Shown here in pieces: positions 21,053-29,779 of a stretch of 64,000 nt of DNA. Position 1 is the stretch's first letter, and every line of letters begins with the position of its first letter. This stretch comes from Patescibacteria group bacterium (GTDB lineage: Bacteria; Patescibacteriota; Minisyncoccia; UBA6257; GWB1-50-10), in the NCBI GenBank assembly GCA_024239035.1, contig JANBVK010000001.1, positions 338,115 through 402,114 of the forward strand. The letters are read 5' to 3'. The translations under genes and the position numbers were made by a program. The notes beneath the pieces are model-generated. The model worked only from the letters and a program-made list of their open reading frames with translations. It did not search any database and had not been told where the DNA came from.

Positions 21053-21940
21053 TTAATTATTATCCTCATCAGATTCTCCCGTATCAATTTCTAATTCATC
21101 AACCTGGCGGACTTGAGCTAAAGTCGTAGCCGCATTTCGTACCGCATCATGTGCTGACTTCACTGTTAACCGAACTGCGGCTAAATCATCGTGCAACGCT
21201 CGACGCACTCCGCCAACATCCACTCTCAATGATTCCTCGTCACTTACAGGAATGTCATACTCCTTGTCAGCTTGCTCGTCTATTGCCGCACGACTTGCAT
21301 CAATTGCGTTCTGTGCTTCTTCAATTGCAGTCCTCGCCGCAGAAACATCCCTGCCGTGCTCCTCAGCTTTGTCAGCCCGGCTTGAGATATTATCCAAAAC
21401 CTTATCCATCTTCTCTAACACTAGAGAGAAGTGATCAAGCAACCGGTCATTTAGTTTGGCGATTTGCTCGTGGATACGCTCAACTGCCTGCTTTTTACGT
21501 TCATCTCTAACTTTCGTGAGACGCTCTCTTAGCTCTGTTCTGCGTTCCTCAACTCGCTCTTTCATATCCGCACGCTTCGACTCCAACTTCGTCCTAAATT
21601 CCACACGTCTTTTATCAAGACGGTCCCGTGCATCAGTTCTTCTACTCTCAAATCTATCACGCGTTTCACCCCGGAGTGTTTTCACCTCAACTCTCACGCG
21701 CTTTCTAACCTCGCGAGCATCTTCTCGTAGGTCAGTTGTTCGCTCACGGATTTCTCCACGAAACTCTTCCGCTCGCTCCCGAATATCTCCTCTCTTCTCT
21801 TGAATGCCTTCCCGAACATCCTTAACAAAATCTTCTCGGGCATCACGAAGTTGATCTCTTACGGCATCAAGCCGCGTCTGTGCCACGGCCGGCAGAGCAA
21901 AGGCTAACGAGAGAACAATAGAAATAACGATTTTTAACAT
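21053..21940 (-). CDS. secreted, highly charged Arg/Glu/Asp periodic-repeat protein
   Basis: 295 aa. Signal peptide, then about twenty RExxRE / RDxxRE heptad-like repeats (DVREGIQEKRGDIRERAEEFRGEIRERTTDLREDAREVRKRVR...). Confidence 0.4.
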   Translation of the reverse strand: MLKIVISIVLSLAFALPAVAQTRLDAVRDQLRDAREDFVKDVREGIQEKRGDIRERAEEFRGEIRERTTDLREDAREVRKRVRVEVKTLRGETRDRFESRRTDARDRLDKRRVEFRTKLESKRADMKERVEERRTELRERLTKVRDERKKQAVERIHEQIAKLNDRLLDHFSLVLEKMDKVLDNISSRADKAEEHGRDVSAARTAIEEAQNAIDASRAAIDEQADKEYDIPVSDEESLRVDVGGVRRALHDDLAAVRLTVKSAHDAVRNAATTLAQVRQVDELEIDTGESDEDNN

Positions 21941-22088
21941 GCTTTAATATAAACTTGCTCAAATGCCCTTGTCAACATGGCTTATGGATAGCTGACTAGA
22001 AACAGTACAGAGTATAACGAGATGAGGTAAGTTTCTGTTTCAATAAGCATGATAAAAGAAAAACCGCCCGGATCTGGATCCAGACGGT

Positions 22089-22742
22089 TTATCGCTGATT
22101 GTTGTTCGGAAAAAACCGCTCAACAAGCCGCGGGGAGAAAAACGCTGCAAGTGCAACCATAGCGACGGCAAAGAACGCCCATCCTACCGAGACACCCAAC
22201 CAGAAAACAACAGAGAAAGTGGTGAGCTTTACTACATTCCCTAGAAGGACAGTAGCTACACCCATTCTCATAGGATGTTTCCTTAGGTGAAGAAAACCGA
22301 CCCACCAAATTGTGGGAATAATACCGACACTAAAAATTGTTGCCCTGTTTCTTTTCTTATTCATCCTTGCTTGAAGACGAGAATAACGAGCGGGATTGAA
22401 TAAGCGCTTCGCAATTGGCAGATCTAAGAGAGGTCCTTTTCCTCTAAAGACAATAAACCATATCATTGCGAGATGGATGGTCCCCGTCGTAAGGACTATT
22501 GGGAGATACCCCTTCAGCGGATGGAGGCCGTAAAAATAGTGCCAGAGAAGGTAAGAGCTTTCCCCTTGGACAAAAGTCCAAAAAAGAAATGCTCCGACTT
22601 GGGGCGAAAAAAAACTCAAGACCAAGCAGACCCCCATCACCGAACCGACATAGATGAAAAGCGCCATGATTCGCTGGTCAAGCGTCTCAAGCCACACTTC
22701 TTTGTTGAGACGTGAAGTCTCAGACTTCAGATTCGTTGCCAT
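22089..22742 (-). CDS. hypothetical membrane protein
   Basis: 217 aa, 5-6 TM helices. Confidence 0.4.
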   Translation of the reverse strand: MATNLKSETSRLNKEVWLETLDQRIMALFIYVGSVMGVCLVLSFFSPQVGAFLFWTFVQGESSYLLWHYFYGLHPLKGYLPIVLTTGTIHLAMIWFIVFRGKGPLLDLPIAKRLFNPARYSRLQARMNKKRNRATIFSVGIIPTIWWVGFLHLRKHPMRMGVATVLLGNVVKLTTFSVVFWLGVSVGWAFFAVAMVALAAFFSPRLVERFFPNNNQR

Positions 22743-22849
22743 TCGTTATAACCTCGCGAAACAAATGTTAAAGGGCAGTTTCTACTCTACTATCTCTCAG
22801 TCCTTATATCAGATTATTAAATTACTGACAACTATAGATTAATCAACTA

Positions 22850-23053
22850 TCAGTTAATTCTCCTACTTAGCTTATTGGGAACAACAAAAATAGAAATTAT
22901 ATAAACAACTACTCCGGGTACGAAACCTGTAAAAACAACTACCAACAGCCACGTGAGTCGCAAGATAACGGGGTCGACATCAAAATATTCCCCAACGCCG
23001 CCAACTACGCCGGCGAAAACCTTATTCTTTTTGCTTTTATAGAGTTTTTTCAT
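22850..23053 (-). CDS. PspC-domain membrane protein
   Basis: 67 aa. KVFAGVVGGVGEYFDVDPVILRLTWLLVVVFTGF..., typical PspC fold. Confidence 0.6.
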   Translation of the reverse strand: MKKLYKSKKNKVFAGVVGGVGEYFDVDPVILRLTWLLVVVFTGFVPGVVVYIISIFVVPNKLSRRIN

Positions 23054-23057
23054 AAAT

Positions 23058-23134
23058 TGGGGTGAGCGACGGGGATTGAACCCGCAACCTCTTCTGCCAC
23101 AGAGAAGCGCTCTACCGATTGAGCTACGCCCACC
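23058..23134 (-). tRNA. tRNA-His (GTG), with G-1 and encoded CCA
   Basis: RNA-sense sequence (the - strand) G-GTGGGCG-TA-GCTC-AATCGGTA-GAGC-G-CTTCT-CTGTGGC-AGAAG-GTTGC-GGGTTCAATCCCCG-TCGCTCAC-C-CCA. Anticodon loop CUGUGGC. Confidence 0.85.
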
Positions 23135-23160
23135 ATTTTCACTATTTTCTAATTATTTAA

Positions 23161-23553
23161 TTACTGACTACTAATCCTTCGACCCCGTTTCTTATCACTC
23201 CTTATTTTCTTTGCTCGTATCCGCACATCTTCCGCGCTCCTAGGCGGCTCGGTTGGGATCCGCGGCTTAGGAACTTTAAGCGCGTCCCTAATCATTTTAT
23301 TTATATGCCAAAGCGCCTTGTCCCTGTTTAACTTCTGAGTACGTTCTTCTTCATTTTCCGCCCAGAGCTCATCTAGATGGTTGATGTGCTTTGCCAACTT
23401 TCTCCTCAATCTTTTCTTTTGAATATCGGAAAGCGGTAAGTTTCCTATTTTAACCCAAATCTGCACTTTTGTCGAGCGCCTGTTAGCTCTCTGCCCGCCG
23501 GGACCGCTTGACCTGACTGCTTTAAACTTTACGTCCTTTTCTGTAACTAACAT
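23161..23553 (-). CDS. arfB: alternative ribosome-rescue factor ArfB (peptidyl-tRNA hydrolase, RF-1 domain)
   Basis: 130 aa. SSGPGGQ motif, basic C-terminal tail RIRAKKIRSDKKRGRRISSQ. Confidence 0.75.
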   Translation of the reverse strand: MLVTEKDVKFKAVRSSGPGGQRANRRSTKVQIWVKIGNLPLSDIQKKRLRRKLAKHINHLDELWAENEEERTQKLNRDKALWHINKMIRDALKVPKPRIPTEPPRSAEDVRIRAKKIRSDKKRGRRISSQ

Positions 23554-23580
23554 GATTACCGCTTATAGTATAATGGAACG

Positions 23581-24225
23581 ATGGCTAACCTGCTAGATGT
23601 TCTGGGTCAATGGGTTATAAATCATTATTCCTTCAGACACTTCATCGTTGCGATCGGTATTCTTATCCAGGGCGAGATAACGGTACTAATTGGGACATAT
23701 CTAATTCTAAATGGCTATCTCGGCTGGGGTAGTTTCCTGATCTCCATTGCAATTAGTATTTTTGTATATGAGGGTTTCTTTTATTTTTTAGGGAGATCTC
23801 TTAAAGGCACGCCGCTCGGCCTGCGACTGGAGAAAAAGATTCCCTACCACGATAAGATTCATTTTCATTTAAAAAACCACATAAATAAAATTCTTATCCT
23901 CTCCAAATTTATTTCTTATGTAAACGTTGGGGTAATCTTCTTAAGCGGCTGGATAAAATTTAACATTAAAAGTTTTATCAAAAATCGAATTATTGCTAAC
24001 ACGATTTGGTTCTCTGTTTTAGTGACTGGATCTCTCTTCGTAATTGAGGGGTTGAGCTTACTCAAGCTCCGCCAAATGGAGATAGCTATATTTATAATTA
24101 TTCTCTTTATCTTTAGCTGGAAACACCTGCTTAAAAAACTTATCGGTAAAGAGGTTTCTATTGAGAAGAAAGTAGAAAAAATAGGGGGAATGATAGAAAA
24201 GAATTTTCAGCCAAAAAAAGACTAA
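23581..24225 (+). CDS. membrane protein (DedA/SNARE-associated-like)
   Basis: 214 aa, multiple TM helices. Confidence 0.4.
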   Translation: MANLLDVLGQWVINHYSFRHFIVAIGILIQGEITVLIGTYLILNGYLGWGSFLISIAISIFVYEGFFYFLGRSLKGTPLGLRLEKKIPYHDKIHFHLKNHINKILILSKFISYVNVGVIFLSGWIKFNIKSFIKNRIIANTIWFSVLVTGSLFVIEGLSLLKLRQMEIAIFIIILFIFSWKHLLKKLIGKEVSIEKKVEKIGGMIEKNFQPKKD

Positions 24226-24237
24226 AATAATACTATC

Positions 24238-24576
24238 TCAATTCTTCTCATCTAATAAACTGTTAATTTTTGCCGCTAATATAAAGTCGTTTTCAGAGAG
24301 CCCTCTAATTGAATGGGTTGAAAGCTCAATGTGCACGCGGTTGTAAGATACATGAATATCCGGATGATGCCCCTCACTCTCAGCAACTTCAGCTACACGA
24401 TTTATAAAACTTATTGATTCTTTGAAGTCTTTAAATTTAAACTCACGTTCTATCCCCTTACTATCGGAGTTTAACTTCCAACCGGATACCTCTCTTAAAT
24501 ATTCTTCCGCTTGACTACTGGTAAACGGTTCCACGCCGCCTTCACACGCAACGCACTTTTTGCTGAGTAAGTCCAT
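24238..24576 (-). CDS. pterin-4a-carbinolamine dehydratase (PCD/DCoH)
   Basis: About 112 aa from the Met at 24576 (MDLLSKKCVACEGG...). PCD signature EGHHPDIHVSYNRVHIELSTHSIRGLSENDFILAAKI. The longer ORF start at 24618 would overlap element copy 4, so the internal start is preferred. Confidence 0.8.
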   Translation of the reverse strand: MDLLSKKCVACEGGVEPFTSSQAEEYLREVSGWKLNSDSKGIEREFKFKDFKESISFINRVAEVAESEGHHPDIHVSYNRVHIELSTHSIRGLSENDFILAAKINSLLDEKN

Positions 24577-24582
24577 ATTTTT

Positions 24583-24760
24583 TGTGCCGCGGGAGGGAAT
24601 CTCACTGCTCCCGAGCACATAACGCTTTATGTGCTCGGTGCGCTTTCACAACCCTGCTCCACCGCTGAAGCTAAGGCGGCACACGCGGTCGGTTTTGAAT
24701 AATTTCCAACACGGGGGAACCTCAAACTTTACCCCGACCCCCTTTCGTGTTCAATTCCTT
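24583..24760 (-). ncRNA. tRNA-3'-associated structured element, copy 4 (downstream of tRNA-Phe)
   Basis: Read on the minus strand: GGAATTGAACACGAAAGGGGGTCGGGGTAAAGTTTGAGGTTCCCCCGTGTTGGAAATTATTCAAAACCGA... The last part, ...CGGGAGCAGTGAGATTCCCTCCCGCGGCACA, copies the tRNA-Phe 3' end GGGGGTTCGATTCCCTCCCGCGGCACA. The core is shared with copies 1-3. Confidence 0.7.
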
Positions 24761-24770
24761 TTCTACAAAG

Positions 24771-24808
24771 ATGAATTTTTGGATACCTCAAGGTATCCAA
24801 AAATTCAT
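24771..24808. terminator. perfect hairpin (bidirectional terminator) between tRNA-Phe and element copy 4
   Basis: ATGAATTTTTGGATACC-TCA-AGGTATCCAAAAATTCAT. Confidence 0.6.
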
Positions 24809-24811
24809 ATG

Positions 24812-24883
24812 TGCCGCGGGAGGGAATCGAACCCCCGACGCATAGCTCTTCAAGCTATCGCTCTACCACTGAGCTACCGCGGC
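24812..24883 (-). tRNA. tRNA-Phe (GAA), CCA not encoded
   Basis: GCCGCGG-TA-GCTC-AGTGGTA-GAGC-G-ATAGC-TTGAAGA-GCTAT-GCGTC-GGGGG-TTCGATT-CCCTC-CCGCGGC-A. Confidence 0.85.
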
Positions 24884-24923
24884 GAGTAGATTCTAGTATA
24901 ATTAAAAAAAACCATTAGTCAAA

Positions 24924-25661
24924 ATGTTTATTCAAATTATAATTGCGAGTTTAACCGGCAGTGTATTCGCACTCGTAGGCGGGATTCTCTTGCTCACCAA
25001 AGAACAATTAGCGAGAAAGGTTTCTTTGCTTCTCGTGAGCTTCGCGGTGGGAAGTCTTTTGGGAGCGGCCTTTTTTGAACTACTACCAGAGGCTTTGAGC
25101 GAGATCGGAGATAAAAGCGCGTTCTCTTTTGTTATCCTGGGACTGCTTACTCTATTCCTTTTTGAGAAATTCTTAAAATGGTACCACTGCCACGACCGAG
25201 AAACGTGCGACATTCACACTTTCTCTGAGGCAGTGCTCTTTGGTGACGCATTACACAATTTTATCGACGGCATTATTATCGCGCTAAGTTTCAGTTTAGG
25301 CGTCCCCGCAGGTATTGCCGCAACTATCGCAGTTTTTTTTCACGAAGTCCCGCAAGAAATTGGCGACTTCGGTGTACTACTCCACGCCGGCTATAGTAAA
25401 AGCAAAATACTTTTATACAACACTCTTACTGCCCTTACCACGCCGGTGGGAGCCGTAGTAGGCTATATTGCGCTTCCTTTAATCTCCGGAGTACTGCCCC
25501 AACTTATTTCATTTGCCGCCGGCACCTTCATCTACATTGCTATTTCAGATTTAATGCCCGAACTCCGCCACAAAACCAAAGGCCCCGACTTTGCCCACTT
25601 ATTCGCAATCCTTCTTGGTCTTCTTGTTTTGTGGGGTATTGGTATACTTTTTCCGGAGTAG
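24924..25661 (+). CDS. ZIP-family metal (Zn/Fe) transporter
   Basis: 245 aa. HNFIDGIIIALSF and HEVPQEIGDF motifs. 8 TM helices. Confidence 0.8.
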   Translation: MFIQIIIASLTGSVFALVGGILLLTKEQLARKVSLLLVSFAVGSLLGAAFFELLPEALSEIGDKSAFSFVILGLLTLFLFEKFLKWYHCHDRETCDIHTFSEAVLFGDALHNFIDGIIIALSFSLGVPAGIAATIAVFFHEVPQEIGDFGVLLHAGYSKSKILLYNTLTALTTPVGAVVGYIALPLISGVLPQLISFAAGTFIYIAISDLMPELRHKTKGPDFAHLFAILLGLLVLWGIGILFPE

Positions 25662-25677
25662 AATAAATTTATGATTA

Positions 25678-25853
25678 TGTCTCCCCGCGAGAAAGCAAAC
25701 GTCACTCATATTCACTCACTCCCTCAAACCCCTCGGTTTGAGTAATTCCGCTTCACCCCGCCATACGGCGAGGCAGGCGGGAAAACTCCCCTTGGCCCGG
25801 GCAGGCCGCTTTCCTGACCCCTGCCTACCGGCAGGCAGGTCTTTCACAGTTCG
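25678..25853 (-). ncRNA. tRNA-3'-associated structured element, copy 3 (downstream of tRNA-Arg-TCT)
   Basis: Minus-strand read: GGGAGGAATCGAACTGTGAAAG-[GC-rich hairpin insert]-GGGGAGTTTTCCCGCC...GGCGGGGTGAAGCGGAATTACTCAAACCGAGGGGTTTGAGGGAGTGA...GCTTTCTCGCGGGGAGACA. The CTCAAACCGAGGGGTTTGAGGGAG hairpin and the terminal mimic of the tRNA-Arg 3' end (CGATTCCTCGCGGGGAGGCA) match the other copies. Confidence 0.6.
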
Positions 25854-25870
25854 ATTCCTCCCAGCATAAC

Positions 25871-25900
25871 AAAATCTGGACAGGCTACTGTCCAGATTTT
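25871..25900. terminator. hairpin between tRNA-Arg(TCT) and element copy 3
   Basis: AAAATCTGGACAG-GCTA-CTGTCCAGATTTT. Confidence 0.6.
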
Positions 25901-25907
25901 GTCTTGC

Positions 25908-25978
25908 CTCCCCGCGAGGAATCGAACCCCGATTTAGGGATTAGAAAACCCTCGTTCTATCCGTTGAACTACGGGGAG
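25908..25978 (-). tRNA. tRNA-Arg (TCT), CCA not encoded
   Basis: CTCCCCG-TA-GTTC-AACGGATA-GAAC-G-AGGGT-TTTCTAA-TCCCT-AAAT-CGGGG-TTCGATT-CCTCG-CGGGGAG-G. Anticodon UCU. Confidence 0.8.
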
Positions 25979-26030
25979 ATTAAAACGTACGTTGATTCTA
26001 AAGTAAAAATCGGATAATTTAAAGTGGTAA

Positions 26031-26101
26031 CGGGCCGTGGTGTAATGGTAGCACGCTTGCTTTGGGAGCATGTAGTTCGAGTTCGAATCTCGGCGGCCCG
26101 A
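26031..26101 (+). tRNA. tRNA-Pro (TGG), CCA not encoded
   Basis: CGGGCCG-TG-GTGT-AATGGTA-GCAC-G-CTTGC-TTTGGGA-GCATG-TAGT-TCGAG-TTCGAAT-CTCGG-CGGCCCG-A. A TTGATT-N17-TAATTT promoter-like pair lies upstream (25994-26022). The argF ATG at 26103 abuts the tRNA. Confidence 0.75.
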
Positions 26102-26102
26102 C

Positions 26103-27080
26103 ATGAAAAGAGATTTAAAATCAGACCAAGATTTTTCGGCCGAGGAGGTTCGGCAAATTTTTCAACTGGCAAAAAAAGTTAAAGAAAAACAGAAAAAGAA
26201 TGAACCGCATGAGTACCTGAAAAATAAATCATTGGCAATGATCTTCCAGAAGCCTTCCACCCGGACGAGAGTTTCCTTTGAGGTAGCAATGACTCATTTG
26301 GGTGGCCATGCTTTGTATCTAAACCCGAACGACCTCCAGCTCTCTCGTGGTGAAACCATTGCCGATACAACCCGAACTCTTTCCCGATATGTTCATGGAA
26401 TTATGGCCCGGGTTTTTAGTCATCAGGACATCCTTGATTTAGCCCGTTTTGCCTCGGTACCCGTGATTAATGGTCTTTCTGATAAGTTTCATCCATGCCA
26501 GAGTTTAACTGATATTTTCACAATTTGGGAAAAACTGAGTTACCCAGAGAAATTTCCTAACGGCTTTACCATTGTTTTTGTCGGTGACGGAAACAACAAT
26601 GTGACCAATTCCCTGCTTCTTCTCTGTGCCCGTTTGGGAATAAATTTCCGAGTCGGCTGTCCTAAAAAGTATCAAACCAAAACCGAGATTTTAGAATTAG
26701 CTAAGGCTGATTTTTCCAAAAGCGGTTCAACGGCGGAAATAACGAACGATGTTAATCAAGCGGTTAAAGGCGCTAATGTTTTATATACCGATGTCTGGAT
26801 TAGTATGGGACGGCAAGATGCTGAGAAAAGAAAAAAGATTTTAGTCCCCTACCAAGTTAATCAGAGGGTCTTGTCTTTAACCAAAAAGAAAACGATGGTA
26901 ATGCATTGTCTGCCGGCTCACCGCGGCGAAGAAATCACCGACGAAGTTATTGATGGACCTAATTCAATTGTTTTCGACCAAGCAGAGAATCGTTTGCATG
27001 TTCAAAAAGCTATCCTCATTTTCTTACTTCAACCTAAGTCTGTGGTTAACGGAGGTTTGGCTACTCCGGCTCCAAAATGA
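26103..27080 (+). CDS. argF: ornithine carbamoyltransferase
   Basis: 325 aa. STRTR carbamoyl-phosphate motif (FQKPSTRTRVSFE), HCLPAHRGEE motif. Confidence 0.85.
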   Translation: MKRDLKSDQDFSAEEVRQIFQLAKKVKEKQKKNEPHEYLKNKSLAMIFQKPSTRTRVSFEVAMTHLGGHALYLNPNDLQLSRGETIADTTRTLSRYVHGIMARVFSHQDILDLARFASVPVINGLSDKFHPCQSLTDIFTIWEKLSYPEKFPNGFTIVFVGDGNNNVTNSLLLLCARLGINFRVGCPKKYQTKTEILELAKADFSKSGSTAEITNDVNQAVKGANVLYTDVWISMGRQDAEKRKKILVPYQVNQRVLSLTKKKTMVMHCLPAHRGEEITDEVIDGPNSIVFDQAENRLHVQKAILIFLLQPKSVVNGGLATPAPK

Positions 27081-27562
27081 AAATAATAATTCAAAAATTC
27101 TGGGCGTGGTACGAACGCAACCTCACGCTCAATATTGCTATTGTCGCCCTGCTCTTCACATGGCAGCTCGTTCACCTCTACTGGCTTACGACTGATGTAG
27201 TTACTGTGCGTCTCTTTGGTGTAAGTTTCTTCAACCCAACGGGGGTTATAGAATTTCTCATCATCATTGCAGACTATGTGGAGATCCCCGCCATCATAGG
27301 TGCTTCCTTACTATATATAAGTCTCCTAAGGAAAGGGTTCAGTATAAAGAGCATAGCCATGCTGGTTTTTGTAAACAGTCAGTGGCTCCATATTTTTTGG
27401 ATAACTGATGAATTCATAATCGGACAGTTCGCCGGTGGGTCTCCAATTCTGCCGTTATGGCTTGCGTGGGTAGCAATTGGCGTTGACTATCTTGAACTGC
27501 CTGTCATCTACGATACTCTAAAGAGATTCTTCACCTCAATTTCACCTAAAAGAATTCGATAA
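27077..27562 (+). CDS. hypothetical membrane protein
   Basis: 161 aa, 4-5 TM helices. Start overlaps the argF stop (ATGA). Confidence 0.4.
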   Translation: MKIIIQKFWAWYERNLTLNIAIVALLFTWQLVHLYWLTTDVVTVRLFGVSFFNPTGVIEFLIIIADYVEIPAIIGASLLYISLLRKGFSIKSIAMLVFVNSQWLHIFWITDEFIIGQFAGGSPILPLWLAWVAIGVDYLELPVIYDTLKRFFTSISPKRIR

Positions 27563-27584
27563 AAGTAAGTATCTTTGCTCGGTC

Positions 27585-28196
27585 TTACAGGGACTTATCA
27601 AACTTCTCTATTTTAACCAAAAACTCTTCGTTCAAATCGTTAATTTTCTCCGCACGTTCGTTCACTTCATCGAGGTAATTCTGAACTGCTCTCCGGTCAG
27701 CAAACGAGTTGGTTTGAATAGCCCCTAATAAACTCCCCAAAAAATTATTCAAGTTTTGGGTATAAATAATAAATTCACTGACAAGCGTGATCTCTACCGC
27801 TACTGCTTCATAGGCCAAACGCTGACTCTTCGCTGAGGAAATCGCACTTAAAGATTCCGCGAGTTCCTGTAAATACCCGGATAATTCAAAGGCTTGATTG
27901 TGCGCTTCTGCATTGTTCTGACGCGCTTCTTGAATTAAGGTATGAGCCTGGCTCGCATTACCACTTAAATCTGAAAGATTAACCGCCTTAATTTTCTCAT
28001 TGGTGGCGCCCGTGAGTGCCACAATTTTCTTACTCACCACTGCAGCGTTCTGTCTGGCCGCTAGAAATTCGTTGGGTACCTGAATCGGCTGGTTAAAATC
28101 GAGAAAAAAATAAAGAGCTATAATCAGAACCGCAATTACAATGAGTACAAACCACAGAATTCTACGTTTTACTGCTTTTTTTAGCTTCAATTTCAT
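27585..28196 (-). CDS. hypothetical N-terminally anchored coiled-coil protein
   Basis: 203 aa. TM ILWFVLIVIAVLIIALYFF, then a helical region. Confidence 0.4.
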   Translation of the reverse strand: MKLKLKKAVKRRILWFVLIVIAVLIIALYFFLDFNQPIQVPNEFLAARQNAAVVSKKIVALTGATNEKIKAVNLSDLSGNASQAHTLIQEARQNNAEAHNQAFELSGYLQELAESLSAISSAKSQRLAYEAVAVEITLVSEFIIYTQNLNNFLGSLLGAIQTNSFADRRAVQNYLDEVNERAEKINDLNEEFLVKIEKFDKSL

Positions 28197-28283
28197 ATTA
28201 GCTGATTATATCTCCAACCAAACCCTCAATCAAATAATCGTGTGGTTGCAAAAAAAACATGCTATATGCAAACATTAACGTAG

Positions 28284-28354
28284 GCGGGATTAGTTTAGTG
28301 GTAGAATGCTAGCCTTCCAAGCTGGAGACACGGGTTCGATTCCCGTATTCCGCA
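28284..28354 (+). tRNA. tRNA-Gly (TCC), CCA not encoded
   Basis: GCGGGAT-TA-GTTT-AGTGGTA-GAAT-G-CTAGC-CTTCCAA-GCTGG-AGAC-ACGGG-TTCGATT-CCCGT-ATTCCGC-A. Confidence 0.85.
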
Positions 28355-28358
28355 CAAG

Positions 28359-28395
28359 AAGATAAACCCGTGGATCTATTCCGCGGGTTTATCTT
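28359..28395 (+). terminator. 12-bp perfect-stem hairpin directly after tRNA-Gly
   Basis: AAGATAAACCCG-(13-nt loop)-CGGGTTTATCTT. Confidence 0.55.
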
Positions 28396-28397
28396 TT

Positions 28398-28543
28398 GCG
28401 GGAATCGAACAGGAAAGGGGGTCGGGGAAAAGTTAGGTTTCCCCGTGTCGGAATGAGCGAAGCAGACTCAAAACCGAGGGTTTTGAGGGAGCGATCCTGA
28501 GTTTGTCGAAGGAAAGTGACATTCGCTTCCCGTATCCCGCACA
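28398..28543 (+). ncRNA. tRNA-3'-associated structured element, copy 1 (downstream of tRNA-Gly)
   Basis: GCGGGAATCGAACAGGAAAGGGGGTCGGGGAAAAGTTAGGTTTCCCCGTGTCGGAATGAGCGAAGCAGACTCAAAACCGAGGGTTTTGAGGGAGCGATCC...GACATTCGCTTCCCGTATCCCGCACA. The start is the reverse complement of the tRNA-Gly T-arm and acceptor. The end is a 21/23 direct copy of the tRNA-Gly 3' end TTCGATTCCCGTATTCCGCACA. Confidence 0.7.
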
Positions 28544-28550
28544 ACGAATA

Positions 28551-28595
28551 AATCTAACGGCTCAACGACACCTGTCGTTGAGCCGTTAGATTTTT
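28551..28595. terminator. AACGGCTCAACG-family palindromic hairpin plus T-run
   Basis: AATCTAACGGCTCAACGACA-CC-TGTCGTTGAGCCGTTAGATTTTT. Confidence 0.6.
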
Positions 28596-28644
28596 ACAGA
28601 CTTCCCTATTTGCATAGAAAAGACGAATCTGGTAGATTTCTCCT

Positions 28645-28676
28645 GTAACGTTACAATTAATTTATATATTGTTACA
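28645..28676. promoter_or_regulatory. perfect 12-bp palindrome TGTAACGTTACA plus a third GTTACA half-site upstream of the ECF sigma operon
   Basis: TGTAACGTTACA at 28645-28656 and GTTACA at 28671-28676, about 65-95 nt upstream of the sigma-factor ATG. Candidate operator. Confidence 0.3.
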
Positions 28677-28738
28677 TGTGGTTTTCAGTTTATTTTCCCG
28701 AGTTAAGAAACATATTACTAACTATATCGTTCTAGTTT

Positions 28739-29299
28739 ATGAAAGAAGAACAAGAGCTCGTTAAAAAGGCCCAAAAGGGAGAACCTGAGGCTTTTGGTGT
28801 GTTATACGATAAGCACCTTACACCAATTTACCGATTCATCTTCCTAAAAGTTGGAAACAAAGCTGACGCTGAAGATCTCTGCCACCAAGTATTCCTTAGT
28901 GCCTGGAAAAATATTGGGCGCTACCGTTTCCAAGGATTCCCATTCTCAAGCTGGCTCTACAAAATTGCTTCCAACACCGTTATTGACCATTGGAGAACCA
29001 AAAAAAATAATACTAGCATTGAGCTAGTAGCAGAAAGCCTCCTCTCTGAATCACCCAAACTCGATCACCTTCTGGACCAAAAACTCGAAGTACAGCTCAT
29101 TAAAACCTCTTTAATTAAATTAGAATCGGAACAGCAGAACGTTATCATTATGAGATTTGTAGACGAGCTCACTAACAAAGAGATTGCACAAATTCTCGGC
29201 AAAAGCGAAGGGGCAATACGTGTGATCCAACACCGAGCTATCAAACGACTCAGAAAACATATAAGCGACCATAATCATCACGAAACCGAAAACGCATGA
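28739..29299 (+). CDS. ECF-type sigma-70-family RNA polymerase sigma factor
   Basis: 186 aa. Region 2 (IYRFIFLKVGNKADAEDLCHQVFLSAWKNIGRY...SWLYKIASNTVIDHWR) and region 4 HTH (EIAQILGKSEGAIRVIQHRAIKRLR). Confidence 0.85.
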   Translation: MKEEQELVKKAQKGEPEAFGVLYDKHLTPIYRFIFLKVGNKADAEDLCHQVFLSAWKNIGRYRFQGFPFSSWLYKIASNTVIDHWRTKKNNTSIELVAESLLSESPKLDHLLDQKLEVQLIKTSLIKLESEQQNVIIMRFVDELTNKEIAQILGKSEGAIRVIQHRAIKRLRKHISDHNHHETENA

Positions 29300-29760
29300 A
29301 TACAAACAAAGAAATTATTACCCAGTTAAAAAGGCTCCGTTATATAGAGCCTGATTCTGCGTTTGCCAGAGGTTCCCGAAGTATAGTTCTCTCAGTAAAC
29401 CATGGACGAACTCGTTCCCAAATTTGGTTGTGGACTAGCGCCACGGCAGTAACTTTCTTGTTCCTTGCTGCAGTCATATCTTATAACGCACTATTCTCAT
29501 CTAAGCCTGTTCTTTCCTCTTCTTTTAATCCTGAAAGTCTCGAACAAGAGTTCAGCAACCTCACTATTAACATCCAACTTGAAGAGATTAAATACCAACA
29601 AAGCGTGAATCAAGCCATTGCATCGGCTCTAAACGAAATACAAAACACTTATCCAAGACACCTCAATAATTCACTCCTAGAATCGGAGGAGGCGGGTATT
29701 AATCTTGATGAGTCAATCAACCCATACATTGATGAGCTTCTAGAGAAAGCTATATTTTAG
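29296..29760 (+). CDS. putative anti-sigma factor (single TM), translationally coupled to the sigma factor
   Basis: 154 aa. Start overlaps the sigma stop (ATGA). One TM helix (WLWTSATAVTFLFLAAVISY). Confidence 0.4.
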   Translation: MNTNKEIITQLKRLRYIEPDSAFARGSRSIVLSVNHGRTRSQIWLWTSATAVTFLFLAAVISYNALFSSKPVLSSSFNPESLEQEFSNLTINIQLEEIKYQQSVNQAIASALNEIQNTYPRHLNNSLLESEEAGINLDESINPYIDELLEKAIF

Positions 29761-29779
29761 AATGTTTCAGACCTAAGCC

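Noticed and set aside
24629-24889. ORF 24629-24889 (+) and the N-terminal extension of ORF 24238-24618 (-)
   Set aside because: They overlap tRNA-Phe and element copy 4. The PCD protein aligns from the internal Met at 24576. The + ORF is spurious.
28450-28500. Small ORFs inside the element cores (MSEADSKPRVLRERS in copy 1, MSPPSGGRIQNRGF in copy 2)
   Set aside because: The conserved CAAAACCGAGGGUUUUGA segment is read in different frames in the two copies. Copy 4 has no ATG. Conservation is at the RNA or DNA level, not the peptide level.
28398-28543. Hammerhead or other small self-cleaving ribozyme in the element
   Set aside because: No CUGAUGA...GAAA hammerhead core, or other ribozyme signature I can recognise, is conserved across the copies. 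This is not excluded, only unsupported.
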